64,000 bases of DNA from an uncultured delta proteobacterium (GCA_963845145.1 CAWJQU010000001.1:96001-160000); one strand, 5' to 3'; shown: positions 1 to 9,869, counted from the first letter of the stretch. Notes: generated from the sequence alone by a model not told the origin. Numbers and translations: made by a program.

Positions 1-513
1 TTCGGCGTATCCGTAGATTCAGCCGCCACGAGTGCCATTGTCAGCTTTGGGTGGGCATCTTATGGAATAATAACCCACCAGCCCTATGTCAGTTTAGCCA
101 CCGGCTTATCCGGAACGATCTTTTTCCTTATCACCCTTTTTGCCTTACGATTTGGTCGTCGATACAAAGAGTTTAAGGTTGCCCCCATTTGGCTGGTGGT
201 CTTATCTTTGGCCGGCATCATCTTCGGCAAAGATGGTCTCGGCATCATGTTGCCTATAAGCGTGCTTGCCGCAAATATCCCCCAACTTTGGGTGGCCCAC
301 AAAGAAGCCAATCTGGCTGATTTGTCACTGGAAACATGGTTATTATCCATGGCGGATGGAATCGTGTGGGGTGCATACGCTCTGATTCAGGGGGATACAT
401 CAATCATGGCCTTTGCCATTTTTCAATTGACGACCAGTGCCTTGATCGTCGCATTAAAGCAAAAGCATCAGAACAAAACCCTCTCAAATTCGGAAGAAAC
501 CCTATCAGGATAA
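1..513 (+). CDS. PQ-loop/MtN3 (SWEET-like) membrane protein, 5'-truncated by window
   Basis: Frame open from base 1 (FGVSVDSAATSAIVSFGWASYG...); hydrophobic helices, NIPQL motif and a duplicated S..T...W..Y repeat. Confidence 0.6.
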   Translation, partial: FGVSVDSAATSAIVSFGWASYGIITHQPYVSLATGLSGTIFFLITLFALRFGRRYKEFKVAPIWLVVLSLAGIIFGKDGLGIMLPISVLAANIPQLWVAHKEANLADLSLETWLLSMADGIVWGAYALIQGDTSIMAFAIFQLTTSALIVALKQKHQNKTLSNSEETLSG

Positions 514-535
514 TCATGCACTATGCGCAACGGGC

Positions 536-1426
536 TTAAATCTTTATGCGGCTGCTCACACAAGCTTGACACGAGCCAGACCGGACTCGAGCCGCGTCGG
601 AAAGGGATAAAACGCCAACGATCCGGTCCGGGTCTCCACGCTTGACAAAGATTCGCTGGACTTCGGCAAAAATCATAACCTGAATCGCATCTTCCAGGTA
701 GTCCTTTTCGTCACACGCCCTGACCGGGGTAGTCATGATGCGGCCGGCCGTCGCATCGGAAGGAATTTGGTGCTTGTAAGCCAGGATCAGGTCGGTTTTC
801 GAAACAACCCCTACGGACGTCTTGATACCATTTTCAATCAAGACCGCGCCGAAACGATATGCGGATAATTGCTCCATCACTTGCGCCAATGAATCCTCCT
901 CAGCCAGGGCAACGACATCAGCGGTCATAATGTCTTTCACTTTAAGGCGAACCACGGATGTGTTCTCACCTTCCTCCCTTCCGCGGCTTTGAAGGCTACG
1001 GTTGCAGGTGTGGCAATATCGATATAGCAGTCCTACCATGTCCGGATATGCTAGCGCACCCACCACGTCATCACTATCGATCTCCTTGACATAGAGCCGG
1101 TATACGCCTTGGCTTCTCATCTCTTCAAGGGCAGCCTCTAACGAGTCATTCATCTTGCAAAATAAAGGCGGTGAAACCATGATATTTAAAAGTGGCGACT
1201 CAATCGGTAAATCGGCATAATAGGCGCCCATGATATCGGTCTTGGATACCACACCGGCTGGCCGACCGGTCTCATCCAAAGTCATTAAGGCGTTGGCCTT
1301 ATATTTAATCAGGTGGTTAATACTATGATCAATTGAGGCGGATTGGGGCAGCCGAATCATTTGGCGGCGCATGGCATCTTTTACGGTTAACCCCGTCAAT
1401 ACGGATTTGGTAACGATGACGGTCAT
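536..1426 (-). CDS. Four-CBS-domain protein with two CxxC motifs
   Basis: Repeated VKD(A/I)M..., GVVSKTD, IVGVLSLSD; CHTC and CQAC after each CBS pair. Confidence 0.85.
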   Translation of the reverse strand: MTVIVTKSVLTGLTVKDAMRRQMIRLPQSASIDHSINHLIKYKANALMTLDETGRPAGVVSKTDIMGAYYADLPIESPLLNIMVSPPLFCKMNDSLEAALEEMRSQGVYRLYVKEIDSDDVVGALAYPDMVGLLYRYCHTCNRSLQSRGREEGENTSVVRLKVKDIMTADVVALAEEDSLAQVMEQLSAYRFGAVLIENGIKTSVGVVSKTDLILAYKHQIPSDATAGRIMTTPVRACDEKDYLEDAIQVMIFAEVQRIFVKRGDPDRIVGVLSLSDAARVRSGSCQACVSSRIKI

Positions 1427-1436
1427 GACGTATTCC

Positions 1437-1952
1437 TCAAGTGGCCAATCGGTCTAGTAGTCGATAAAACAGATCGGAAATGTACACGATTCCCAAAATT
1501 TTTTTATTATCCAATACGGGTATTCGACGCACATGCTTTTGAATCATCAGGTCTAGTAACATCATCAAATGGGTATCGGGCGTCACTGAGATAATATCAG
1601 TGGTCATAATATCGCCCACCAGAACAGACTGTGTCCGCTGGCCGACGCTTTCCACCAGTCCAGAGATGTCAATATCCTCCATCGTACCCCAGACATGAAT
1701 GTGCTTTGGGCGAACAAAAAGTAGAATGTCATACATGGAGAGCATACCGATCAAACAATTTTCATCATCGGTCACCATCATGCCAAACACTTTGCGGTCG
1801 TCTTCTTTGGAGGTGTCACGGAAGGCTTTAACAGCGGCCGCCACGGTCAAATCGGGTGTCAGCGTATGAAAGCGGGTAGTCATCACGTCCCGAGCGGATA
1901 ATGACATTTTATTCATCCTTAACAAGGGAAAGACAATGTAGCGTCTCAACAT
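1437..1952 (-). CDS. CBS-pair protein (start probably near 1907-1916)
   Basis: ARDVMT, VGDIMTTDIISV, VRRIPV, GIVYISD. Confidence 0.85.
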   Translation of the reverse strand: MLRRYIVFPLLRMNKMSLSARDVMTTRFHTLTPDLTVAAAVKAFRDTSKEDDRKVFGMMVTDDENCLIGMLSMYDILLFVRPKHIHVWGTMEDIDISGLVESVGQRTQSVLVGDIMTTDIISVTPDTHLMMLLDLMIQKHVRRIPVLDNKKILGIVYISDLFYRLLDRLAT

Positions 1953-2074
1953 TCACGTTTAAAAAGCATATTACATTCTAGAAAGGTACTTTTCAAGGGA
2001 TGCTTTTTTCCGGATAATTCCATACCCCTGGAAAGCGGGTATAGCTTTTAACCATAGATGGAAGAATGGCCGAT

Positions 2075-2569
2075 TTAGTTTTTCCCTAAATAGGCCCCTT
2101 CATATTCTAATGTGGTAAGCGGCAATTGATCATTTAACGCTCTGGCATCAATAATCTTGCCAAAAAACAACGTGTGGTTGCCCGGCTTAAGTCTCTCTTC
2201 TACAACACAATCGATGTACCCGACACAATTATTAAGAATGGGGCAGCCTGTTTTTCCTGGCTCCCATCGGATGCCGGTGAATTTTGCATCTGTTTCGGTA
2301 GTTTTAAAACGCGCCAAATAGTTTTTTTGCTGCACGTCCAAAATATTTAAAGCAAACGCACCGCTTTTTTCAATGAGTGTATGCGAATAACGATTGGGGT
2401 GGACGGCAACCATGACTAGAGGCGGATCATAAGAGACTATGGAAACCCAGGAAGCAATCATCCCGTTGATTTTGGTCTCATGAGCCGTGGTCAGAACATA
2501 GATACCAAATGTCATTTTACCGATGGCTTGTATCCAGCTGTTTTCCATGCTCCCCCTATCATTTATCAA
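2075..2569 (-). CDS. Flavin reductase family protein
   Basis: GIYVLT, NGMIASWVS.VSYDPPLV, GNHTLFFG. Confidence 0.9.
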   Translation of the reverse strand: MINDRGSMENSWIQAIGKMTFGIYVLTTAHETKINGMIASWVSIVSYDPPLVMVAVHPNRYSHTLIEKSGAFALNILDVQQKNYLARFKTTETDAKFTGIRWEPGKTGCPILNNCVGYIDCVVEERLKPGNHTLFFGKIIDARALNDQLPLTTLEYEGAYLGKN

Positions 2570-2617
2570 ATGAGTTCCTACACTTCTTGTAAAACCTATA
2601 AAGATATCTTTTATTAT

Positions 2618-2778
2618 ACCTAAGTTGAGCGATTTTTTGCGAAGCTATGTGCCAAGATATTGAGATGATAAGGTTTTCAAAAACCGGAGGCATACCCGTT
2701 GGATATGGCGAGTATTTTTGAAAGCCTTAGCGCTCAATAGATTGGTGCAGAGCGAGTAAAAAACCACTCAATTTAGGT
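2618..2778. repeat. ~160-bp long imperfect palindrome (MITE/REP-like)
   Basis: ACCTAAGTTGAG...CTCAATTTAGGT outer arms plus nested arms TATTGAG/CTCAATA and TAAGGTTTTCAAAAA/TTTTTGAAAGCCTTA. Confidence 0.7.
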
Positions 2779-2782
2779 TATA

Positions 2783-3887
2783 TTATGGCTCTCTGTCAAG
2801 AATGCAGACATTACCCTCTCGGGTTCGGCACTTATTGCATGCGACACAGCGCGGTTTTGATAGATCGCCACGGTGCCAACGATTGATGAGGTCCGGCTCG
2901 GAGAGTAGCGTTCGTGACATGGAGAGATAATTGATGGATGTCGATATTTAAAATCTCTTCCATTTTTTCAGGGTTTCGGTGCCCGCCTACAGATATAACG
3001 GGAACGCTGAGATGCTTCGCAATCCTGGCGGTTTTTTTGATAAAATAGGACTGGTTTTCCAATTTTAAAACCCCGTCTCGAATGGGGCCGGAATTCGGAT
3101 AGTTCTTTACATCCAGATTTCCACCGCTGAACTCGATTCCGGATATGTTTCTTTTTTCAAGCTCCAGGGCCACATATAGGCTTTCGGCTTCAGTCAGGCC
3201 ATTATCGCCCCAGTCGTCAGAACAATGCATTTTAATAAATACCGGGTAGTCGGGCCCTACTTCATTTCGTACAGCTTCCAGGGTTTCAAAGATAATTCGT
3301 GCTCTGTTCTCAATACCCCCACCATATTCGTCCTGCCTTTGGTTGTAATAAGGGGCAAGAAACTGACTGAGGAGATAAGTATGCGCGCCATGAAGCTGCA
3401 CACCGTTAAACCCGGCCGCTTGGACCCGACGGGCGGCATCGGCATGGGCTGACACCACGGTTTTAATGTCTTCTTTGGTCATTTCGGTCGGCACCACCCC
3501 GAAGAGTGGATGAGGAACAGCAGATGGGCCCCATATGATTCTGTTCCCCGTCTGATATGTGGTTGCAGAACCGCCATAAACAATCTGCATGATGACGTTG
3601 GCGCCTTCCGCTTTGATCTTTTCATTCATCGCGCGGTATTCGGCAATAAACGAATCATCATAAATACCCATCATACCGGCGTTGGGTTGTTCGGCTTCAA
3701 GAACAAAAGCGTACCCGGTGATGATAGTTCCCACCCCGCCCCGGGCCAAATTAACATAGACCTGCTCCAGACGGTTGGTCAGGTGGCCTTTCGCATCAGC
3801 CATATTCATCCAGGTGGCTGACCGCCAAACCCTATTTTTCAAGGTCATGAGGCCGATCTGTGTCTTATCAAACAGTTTTTTCATCAT
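2783..3887 (-). CDS. NADH:flavin oxidoreductase (Old Yellow Enzyme family), +1 frameshift near 2945
   Basis: LKNR.WRSAT, QLHGAHTYLLSQFL.P..NQR.DEYGG; alternative frame restores SMSRTLLSEPDLINRW...CVACNKC to a stop at 2783. Confidence 0.85.
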
Positions 3888-3921
3888 TTTTACCTTTTAA
3901 AAATGAAATGATACTTTTGAA

Positions 3922-4275
3922 TTACCCTGCCCGCGATCCATTTGGCACTGGGGCCTCAGGAATGGCCAAAACCGGTGTAATCCCATCCTCATAACCGATG
4001 TCAAAAAGCATGCCTTCAGAAACCAATCCCGCCATCTTGCGCGGCGCCAGGTTGACGACAAACAGCGCCTGTCGCCCTTCAATCTCGGATGGGGTTTGAC
4101 GCTCCTGTTTTAGACCGGCCAATATTGTTCGGACATGATCCCCCAGATCGACGGTGAGTTGGACGAGTTTCTTCGATTCGGGGATATCATCCACGGATGT
4201 GATCGTACCCACGCGAATATCTAACTTTTCGACATCGCTAATCGCAATCGTAGATTTGATGGGTGCAGGTTTCAT
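3922..4275 (-). CDS. CsaA-like tRNA-binding (OB-fold) protein
   Basis: KLDIRVGTI, VDLGDH.RTI.AG, VVNLAPRKMAGLVSEGM. Confidence 0.9.
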   Translation of the reverse strand: MKPAPIKSTIAISDVEKLDIRVGTITSVDDIPESKKLVQLTVDLGDHVRTILAGLKQERQTPSEIEGRQALFVVNLAPRKMAGLVSEGMLFDIGYEDGITPVLAIPEAPVPNGSRAG

Positions 4276-4312
4276 AGCCTCTCCTGATTATAAGTTAGTA
4301 TGATGAAAAGAT

Positions 4313-4373
4313 GTCCTAGAAAGCCGAATCAGCGGACACATACAATTGCCCCTGAAGTTAATGCTCGTTATTC
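4313..4373. other. Degenerate attC-like site
   Basis: TCAGCGGAC...GCCCCTGA inner arms and terminal CGTTATT; the other outer box is decayed. Confidence 0.35.
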
Positions 4374-4409
4374 TTATACCGCCCAGTACGGGACTGATAT
4401 CTTTTTCAT

Positions 4410-4832
4410 CTATTCTGCAGAATTAAAGGGCCAATGTTTATATATTTCCAATCGTTGTTTAAGTGTTCCCGTATGCAACTCAAAAAGATTGTTATCAAAA
4501 TCATAAAAATATACGGATTCGCCCTCCCCATCAACCCTTGATCGCGGTGCTTTTATTTCAACACCAAGTGTCACCAGTCTATTTTTAAAATGTGGCAACA
4601 AATGTCCCTCGACTTTAAACGCCACGTGCTGATAGGATCTGGATGTGGATGTTCCCTCCATGGCTACCAGCCAAACATTACCCAGTAAGAAAAATTTTTC
4701 GTGAGAAACAGAAAAGGCCTTTACTTTACTATCATAAACCTCTTTTGCGCCAAGACCATCGCAGAACAGACGGCTCGTCCGATCAAGATCTTTTACAATA
4801 AATGTAATATGACTCAATCCCTGAATTTCCAT
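4410..4832 (-). CDS. FosX/FosI-family fosfomycin resistance hydrolase (VOC fold)
   Basis: GLSHITFIVKDL, LGAKEVYDS...FS.S.EKFF, RSYQHVAF, R.RVDGEGES.YFYDFDN.LFELHTGTL..RL. Confidence 0.8.
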   Translation of the reverse strand: MEIQGLSHITFIVKDLDRTSRLFCDGLGAKEVYDSKVKAFSVSHEKFFLLGNVWLVAMEGTSTSRSYQHVAFKVEGHLLPHFKNRLVTLGVEIKAPRSRVDGEGESVYFYDFDNNLFELHTGTLKQRLEIYKHWPFNSAE

Positions 4833-4927
4833 ATCTCTCCATCATATCTACCCAATGGTATCTTATCTGCATAAAACCCGGTACATCGCTTTTTCCTCAG
4901 TAAGTAGTGCATTTGAAAACGTATTTT

Positions 4928-5425
4928 TCAACCGGACCTTATTATTAAGCAGGTGCTCACGCCATGTGCATACAAGGTGCCCTTTTCGCCTTTAAGTTTT
5001 CCTTCGGCGGTTGCCAGACGTTTCCCGAGATGTATTATCCGCCCCATACATTTAAGCAGACCTGTTTCAACGGTTATCGGTCGAACAAAATTGACTTTTA
5101 TTTCAGCCGTTGAACAACTCACCCCTTTTTCAAGAGCAGATAACACCGCCGCGGTCATCGTCGTATCGAGTATGGTTGAGATCATCCCACCGTGAACCGA
5201 AAAAAAAGGATTATAATGATACTCTTTAGGGTCGAATGTGTATACGGTAGCCCCTTTACTAACTTCAACCAATTCATATCCCACGAGCTTTGCAATCGGG
5301 GGAGGGCTGATATGGCCATCTTTTATTGACTTTAGGTAGTCCAATCCAGAAATAGATTCAGCATTCCGGGCACTCTTTTGTGGATCTTCCCACTCGATTA
5401 TCCGCTTTCTGTCAGATTTCGCCAT
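4928..5425 (-). CDS. PaaI family thioesterase
   Basis: HYNP...VHGG.ISTILD, TAEIKVNFVRP. Confidence 0.9.
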   Translation of the reverse strand: MAKSDRKRIIEWEDPQKSARNAESISGLDYLKSIKDGHISPPPIAKLVGYELVEVSKGATVYTFDPKEYHYNPFFSVHGGMISTILDTTMTAAVLSALEKGVSCSTAEIKVNFVRPITVETGLLKCMGRIIHLGKRLATAEGKLKGEKGTLYAHGVSTCLIIRSG

Positions 5426-5475
5426 AGGGTTCCTTCTATCGTGTTAATATACGTGCCATCATTGTCACATCGATT

Positions 5476-5932
5476 TTAGGCCTCGAAAACGATACTAGAG
5501 CAGGTAACGCCTGCTTCGGCTTTGGCAAGTTCGGATAGATCGACCACTTTTGTTTTAATATTGGCACGATGCAACCGTTCTCGCGTACGCTCGTATATCG
5601 CCGGGTAGATCAGCGTGTCACCAATGGGCAACGCACCGGCCGCACGGGGTTCTTCAGGATCAACATCGATTAAATTCATACCGCTAAAATGGGCGGGATC
5701 TACCCATCGGCGATTGATTAGCAGGGTGTCCGGCGCAACACGGCCCACCCCGGACTTCAGATGAAGACATTCGCTTATGGGTACGCCAACCACCAAATAT
5801 CCCAGGGGAGTTAGCATTTCAGCGACCATGCTGCTCCCGGGCGAGGTCGAGATTTATGGCCTCACGCTTAAAGTGAGTGAGTTCACATTGTCCGATACTA
5901 GGGCTCACGCCCCTGGTGATAGCAACCCGCAT
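5476..5932 (-). pseudogene. Dimethylarginine dimethylaminohydrolase (DDAH) with internal deletion
   Basis: ATG at 5932 gives MRVAITRGVSPSIGQCELTH..REAINLDLAREQH, fused out of frame to the C-half CLHLKSG...SELAKAEAGVTCSS. Confidence 0.75.
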
Positions 5933-6003
5933 GATGGTTCACACCTTTCCTTTAATGGCTTGTACCCAACGGTTAACTGAAAAAAGCCTGATCGAAAAAA
6001 TTT

Positions 6004-6501
6004 TCAACTTTCATAGATAACCGATATATCCTCCCACTCGATTTTCACAGACAACACTTCATGACCAAATATCATCTTGATGGCTTCTTCCTTACGAACA
6101 CCGCCAAGTTTTTCATAAAAGCGAATCGCCTTTTTATTGCTTAAAAATACCCAGAGATACGCCGTCTTTTTTCCAAGCTTAAATAAAATCTGTGCCACCG
6201 CCTCCATCATGGCAAAACCGATCTTTTGACCTCGGTGAGAGGGTTTTACATGAAGGTTGTCAATAAATGGATCGGGCCGGCACCATACGGCGATAAAACC
6301 GATTATTTCCTTATTTTCTGCGACCAGGACAACATCATCATTCGAAATCTTAAGTTCGCACCAATGGCGATGAATATCGGCTGCCGCCTGATTAAAAAAA
6401 TAATCCTTCGGCAGTACGCCGGCATACGTATCCTTCCAACTTTCCAGCTGAAGATCCGCAATCGGCTTTAAATCTTGAGCTTGAGCGCGCCTGATGATCA
6501 T
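6004..6501 (-). CDS. GNAT acetyltransferase
   Basis: LHVKPSHRGQKIG, LWV...N.KAIRFYEKLG. Confidence 0.9.
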   Translation of the reverse strand: MIIRRAQAQDLKPIADLQLESWKDTYAGVLPKDYFFNQAAADIHRHWCELKISNDDVVLVAENKEIIGFIAVWCRPDPFIDNLHVKPSHRGQKIGFAMMEAVAQILFKLGKKTAYLWVFLSNKKAIRFYEKLGGVRKEEAIKMIFGHEVLSVKIEWEDISVIYES

Positions 6502-7079
6502 ACGGTAACCTTTTCTAAAATAAATGCATCAAAATGAACCCCCTCTATCTTGCGAGAAGTCAAATTGAGGCCACGAATATAGCCATTCGGATCAGCGGCG
6601 TCCGGATGCGACGCATCACTCTCCCTGATCAGCTCAACCGCCTTTTCATTCGGTTCGAAAAAGCAAACCGTTGCATTATTTTTAGAGGTTCGGATAAATT
6701 CCTGCAACACAGTTCGACGCTGGTTCTCCTCAACGTGGTGAAAAGTACCCAGGGAGAAAATGGCATCAAAAAAATCATCGGCGTAAGGCAAGTCGGCGGC
6801 ATTAAACGGTTTAAATTCAATTAAATGGTCAACACCCACCTTTTTGGCATTCTCGTGCCAATCTTGATTGGCATAAATCGACACATCGTCACTGGGTTCA
6901 CCCGTTAAAACGTGATATCCATTTAATGCAAGTGTGATCGCCAAGGCACCGAATCCCGTTCCAACATCCAAAACCTTTCCATTTTTGGGTACCTTCAATT
7001 CCTGAATGACTTTGTGTGTATCCACAGTGGTAAAGCGATATTTTTTGCCCAATATTTCCATGGCGCGTTCGACATTCAT
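6498..7079 (-). CDS. Class I SAM-dependent methyltransferase
   Basis: VLDVGTGFG, DLPY.DD.FDAI, FHHV. Confidence 0.85.
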   Translation of the reverse strand: MNVERAMEILGKKYRFTTVDTHKVIQELKVPKNGKVLDVGTGFGALAITLALNGYHVLTGEPSDDVSIYANQDWHENAKKVGVDHLIEFKPFNAADLPYADDFFDAIFSLGTFHHVEENQRRTVLQEFIRTSKNNATVCFFEPNEKAVELIRESDASHPDAADPNGYIRGLNLTSRKIEGVHFDAFILEKVTV

Positions 7080-7157
7080 TTTTTAACCTCCTCCTAATCT
7101 TTTCAGCCCATTAAAGAATGGATTATTCAGGTAATGGTTCATTTCATCCCCGCCTCT

Positions 7158-7919
7158 TTATTGTTTTGGTAATTTAAAAGTTAGGTTGTAGGGATCATTT
7201 ATCATGGCTTTGTTCACCTCTGGGGCGTATTTTCTGATTATCCTTTTGATGTCCTCTCGCTTTGAAAACGGTAAAGAGTTAATCCATGCATCAATATTAA
7301 TGTGCATTCTTTTCTCTGTTTTATCAGTATAGGCCGTATGCTGAAGAAACGTCCCCATATTTCGATCACCAGCAACTTTGTAAACATCTTTCATCATGAA
7401 ATAGGTACTGCCATAAATCGGGTCCTTGCCATTTTGAAGGTGCTTAAGCCAGCCGCTCCAATCTTTTCCTTCTTTTTTAAGGAGTTTTTCAGCAAAAACC
7501 ATATTTAGCCCTTCGATATAGGAATCAAATAATTGAGCGTTTAGAATATGTGCTATTTCATGTGCCAATTGGCCATAGAAGGCATATTCGCTCGGCTTTC
7601 TGGAAAGATAAATGGTGAATAATCCGTTTTTACTATCGGTAAGATCACATCGCTGAAAATGTTTGGGAAGGTTTACGTCGCTTTCAATCGGTATTGTTAG
7701 GCGCAATTGTATTTTTTTGGGTTGTACCGCTGGTTTACCGTACAATGATTCAGCATAGGACAATCCTTTGGAAACAAACCGATCAATTTCTTCTTTTTCA
7801 ATCTTCGGGTAAAATATAGGCAGATCCCTAATGCTTGGCTTCTCGCAGTGGCCTATGTGTGGGAAGTAAACAAGAAATAAAAATAGAACAATGGCAAAGT
7901 GGTTCCGAAAAACAACTAT
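7158..7919 (-). CDS. Secreted HEXXH metallopeptidase-like protein (start uncertain, possibly ATA)
   Basis: Hydrophobic N-terminus; LAHEIAH...IEGL; AAGGAG followed by an in-frame ATA. Confidence 0.5.
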   Translation of the reverse strand: MVVFRNHFAIVLFLFLVYFPHIGHCEKPSIRDLPIFYPKIEKEEIDRFVSKGLSYAESLYGKPAVQPKKIQLRLTIPIESDVNLPKHFQRCDLTDSKNGLFTIYLSRKPSEYAFYGQLAHEIAHILNAQLFDSYIEGLNMVFAEKLLKKEGKDWSGWLKHLQNGKDPIYGSTYFMMKDVYKVAGDRNMGTFLQHTAYTDKTEKRMHINIDAWINSLPFSKREDIKRIIRKYAPEVNKAMINDPYNLTFKLPKQ

Positions 7920-8005
7920 TGTTTTAACTCCTTTTTTAGAACGACATTCGTGATTCAAATTAAGACTTACACGTGTCCAACTAGTTAATATACATTCCGA
8001 AAAGG

Positions 8006-8659
8006 TTAAACAGCGTATCTCCACACCGCGATAAAATGACATGTAGTACCCGCGATGACGAACAGGTGCCAAACAAAGTGGGCATACCGCATCCGCTTGG
8101 CTGCATAGAACCCTACCCCTATTGTATAGCCTGCTCCACCTGCAACTAACCAAAACAAGCCCCACGCCGGTATATTCAGCCATAACGGCTTCACGGCAAC
8201 AATGATTAGCCAACCCATGAGCAGATACAAAAACATTGAGAGCTTTTTATACGTTCCGGCGCCAATGGTATTGAGGAAGACACCGACAACAGCTAATCCC
8301 CAAACGATACCAAACAGAATCCAACCCCAGGCACCTCTAAGCACCCCAAGCGTGAACGGCGTATACGTGCCCGCGATAAGCAGGAATATCGCCCCGTGGT
8401 CAAGAATTCGGAAAATCCGTTTGGCCTTATTTCGAGCCAAAGCGTGGTAAAGTGTGGATGTGAGGTACATCAGCACTACCGTGAACGCAAAGGTGCTTGC
8501 GCCCACAATTGCAGCTGAGTTGTCATGTTGGGCTGCAGAAAGTACAAGGATCGGGGAGGCGATGAGTGCCACGAGGAAGGCTACGCCGTGGCTAACACTG
8601 TTCGCGATTTCTTCCCCGAGAGACTGCCCACGTTCTTGTATTGGGAGCGAGTTGGCCAT
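8006..8659 (-). CDS. Hemolysin III (HlyIII/PAQR) family membrane protein
   Basis: EEIANSVSHG, STLYH, LDHGAIFLLIAGTYTPF, HFVWHLFVIAG..CH. Confidence 0.93.
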   Translation of the reverse strand: MANSLPIQERGQSLGEEIANSVSHGVAFLVALIASPILVLSAAQHDNSAAIVGASTFAFTVVLMYLTSTLYHALARNKAKRIFRILDHGAIFLLIAGTYTPFTLGVLRGAWGWILFGIVWGLAVVGVFLNTIGAGTYKKLSMFLYLLMGWLIIVAVKPLWLNIPAWGLFWLVAGGAGYTIGVGFYAAKRMRYAHFVWHLFVIAGTTCHFIAVWRYAV

Positions 8660-8818
8660 GGGAAAAAATCCTCTATGGTCTACCACCATCTCTATCTACC
8701 AGACGAAGAGCCCGATAGAGGGAGAAAGGACGACATATAATGGCATACAAAACCATTTTAAAAAAACGTGAGGATAGCTGACTTCTATTCGATTATTCGG
8801 GGGTACCCCTAATAGGGG

Positions 8819-8853
8819 TGTCAGGCCTGCAAAATTCATTTGCAGGCCTGACG
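8819..8853 (-). terminator. Strong hairpin after the SWIB gene
   Basis: GTCAGGCCTGCAAA-attca-TTTGCAGGCCTGAC perfect 14-bp stem; no clear U-tract. Confidence 0.55.
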
Positions 8854-8860
8854 TATCACC

Positions 8861-9187
8861 CTACTCTATGTTTGCGCTGACAACAGCAGCCAGTTGCATC
8901 ATGTTGATCGTCTGGCCCTCTTTCAGTTTTGTAAAGTCTGTGACCTTGCCTGATTTACTTTTGGATTTTGTGTTTTTGAAAATCGAGAGCAGTTTAACAT
9001 CCGCCACAATGAACTTGCCCGCGTTCTCAGGCTTTCCATTTTCAGTCTTTGTCTGCAGTTTATTAGCTTTAATATAGTCCCATAGTTTCTTGGTAATCTC
9101 TGTCCTGGGAAGCTCTGTCTCTCCCAGGATCCCTGCCAGGTCTTTTTTCAGTTTTACCGGTTTGCTCAGTCCTTTTGCTTCCGCCAC
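8861..9187 (-). CDS. Stand-alone SWIB/MDM2 domain protein
   Basis: LA.ILG..ELPRTEITKKLWDYIKANKLQ...INMMQL. Confidence 0.85.
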   Translation of the reverse strand: MAEAKGLSKPVKLKKDLAGILGETELPRTEITKKLWDYIKANKLQTKTENGKPENAGKFIVADVKLLSIFKNTKSKSKSGKVTDFTKLKEGQTINMMQLAAVVSANIE

Positions 9188-9211
9188 TTTTAACTCCTTC
9201 TGGTTTGGTTT

Positions 9212-9733
9212 TTAATAAAAAACATCTCCGGGATCAGGTCTTTTGCCCATTGTATTTAAACCGCTTTTAGAATCGACCTTCAGGGCATTTCGAGCGGCTC
9301 GGTCAACCAATGAAAAAATTTTATCGATATGGTTCTTTTTACGCGATGGGGTATGGCCGCTTACTTGATTCACAGATATATTCAATTGATCAGTCGCTTT
9401 GTAAAATTGCCGATAAAGTTCATGATTATTCAGCCGCTTACCATTCTTCGCGTAAAAATCATTCTCTTCTAACTTTTTCCGTCGTGCGCCCAGCCCGACG
9501 ATATTCCGGGAATCTGTAAACGATATAATCTTAGATGCGGATACCTCCGACAATGCCCATAATAGCGTTTGCAATTCCAGTTTCGTTGAGGATGTATCTA
9601 CAAAACGTTTGACGCTTATTCTTTTCGCCAGTGATTCTGGGGGTTCATCCCCTTCTGGAAAGGCCAAATAGGCACCATAGCCAATTCTCAGCTTGGTATT
9701 CACGCTTCCATCTGTAAAAAGCATATGTGTCAT
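9212..9733 (-). CDS. Ribonuclease H-like protein
   Basis: FTDGS, TSSTKLEL, FTDS, V.GH, VDRAAR (D-E-D-D residues). Confidence 0.8.
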   Translation of the reverse strand: MTHMLFTDGSVNTKLRIGYGAYLAFPEGDEPPESLAKRISVKRFVDTSSTKLELQTLLWALSEVSASKIISFTDSRNIVGLGARRKKLEENDFYAKNGKRLNNHELYRQFYKATDQLNISVNQVSGHTPSRKKNHIDKIFSLVDRAARNALKVDSKSGLNTMGKRPDPGDVFY

Positions 9734-9737
9734 TTAA

Positions 9738-9845
9738 TTCCAAGGCAAAAAGTGAGCTGCGAGCCTAAATCATACCAGACCGACAAGGGCGTTACCGATC
9801 CATTCGTCAGCTTTTTCGTGTCAGCTCTTTTGAACAATTGGCCGC
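9738..9845 (-). other. Degenerate attC-like site
   Basis: Minus strand AAAAGAGCTGAC...GCAGCTCACTTTT arms between the nitrilase and RNase H genes; outer boxes decayed. Confidence 0.35.
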
Positions 9846-9869
9846 GCTTACGATAATAACGATCCTATC

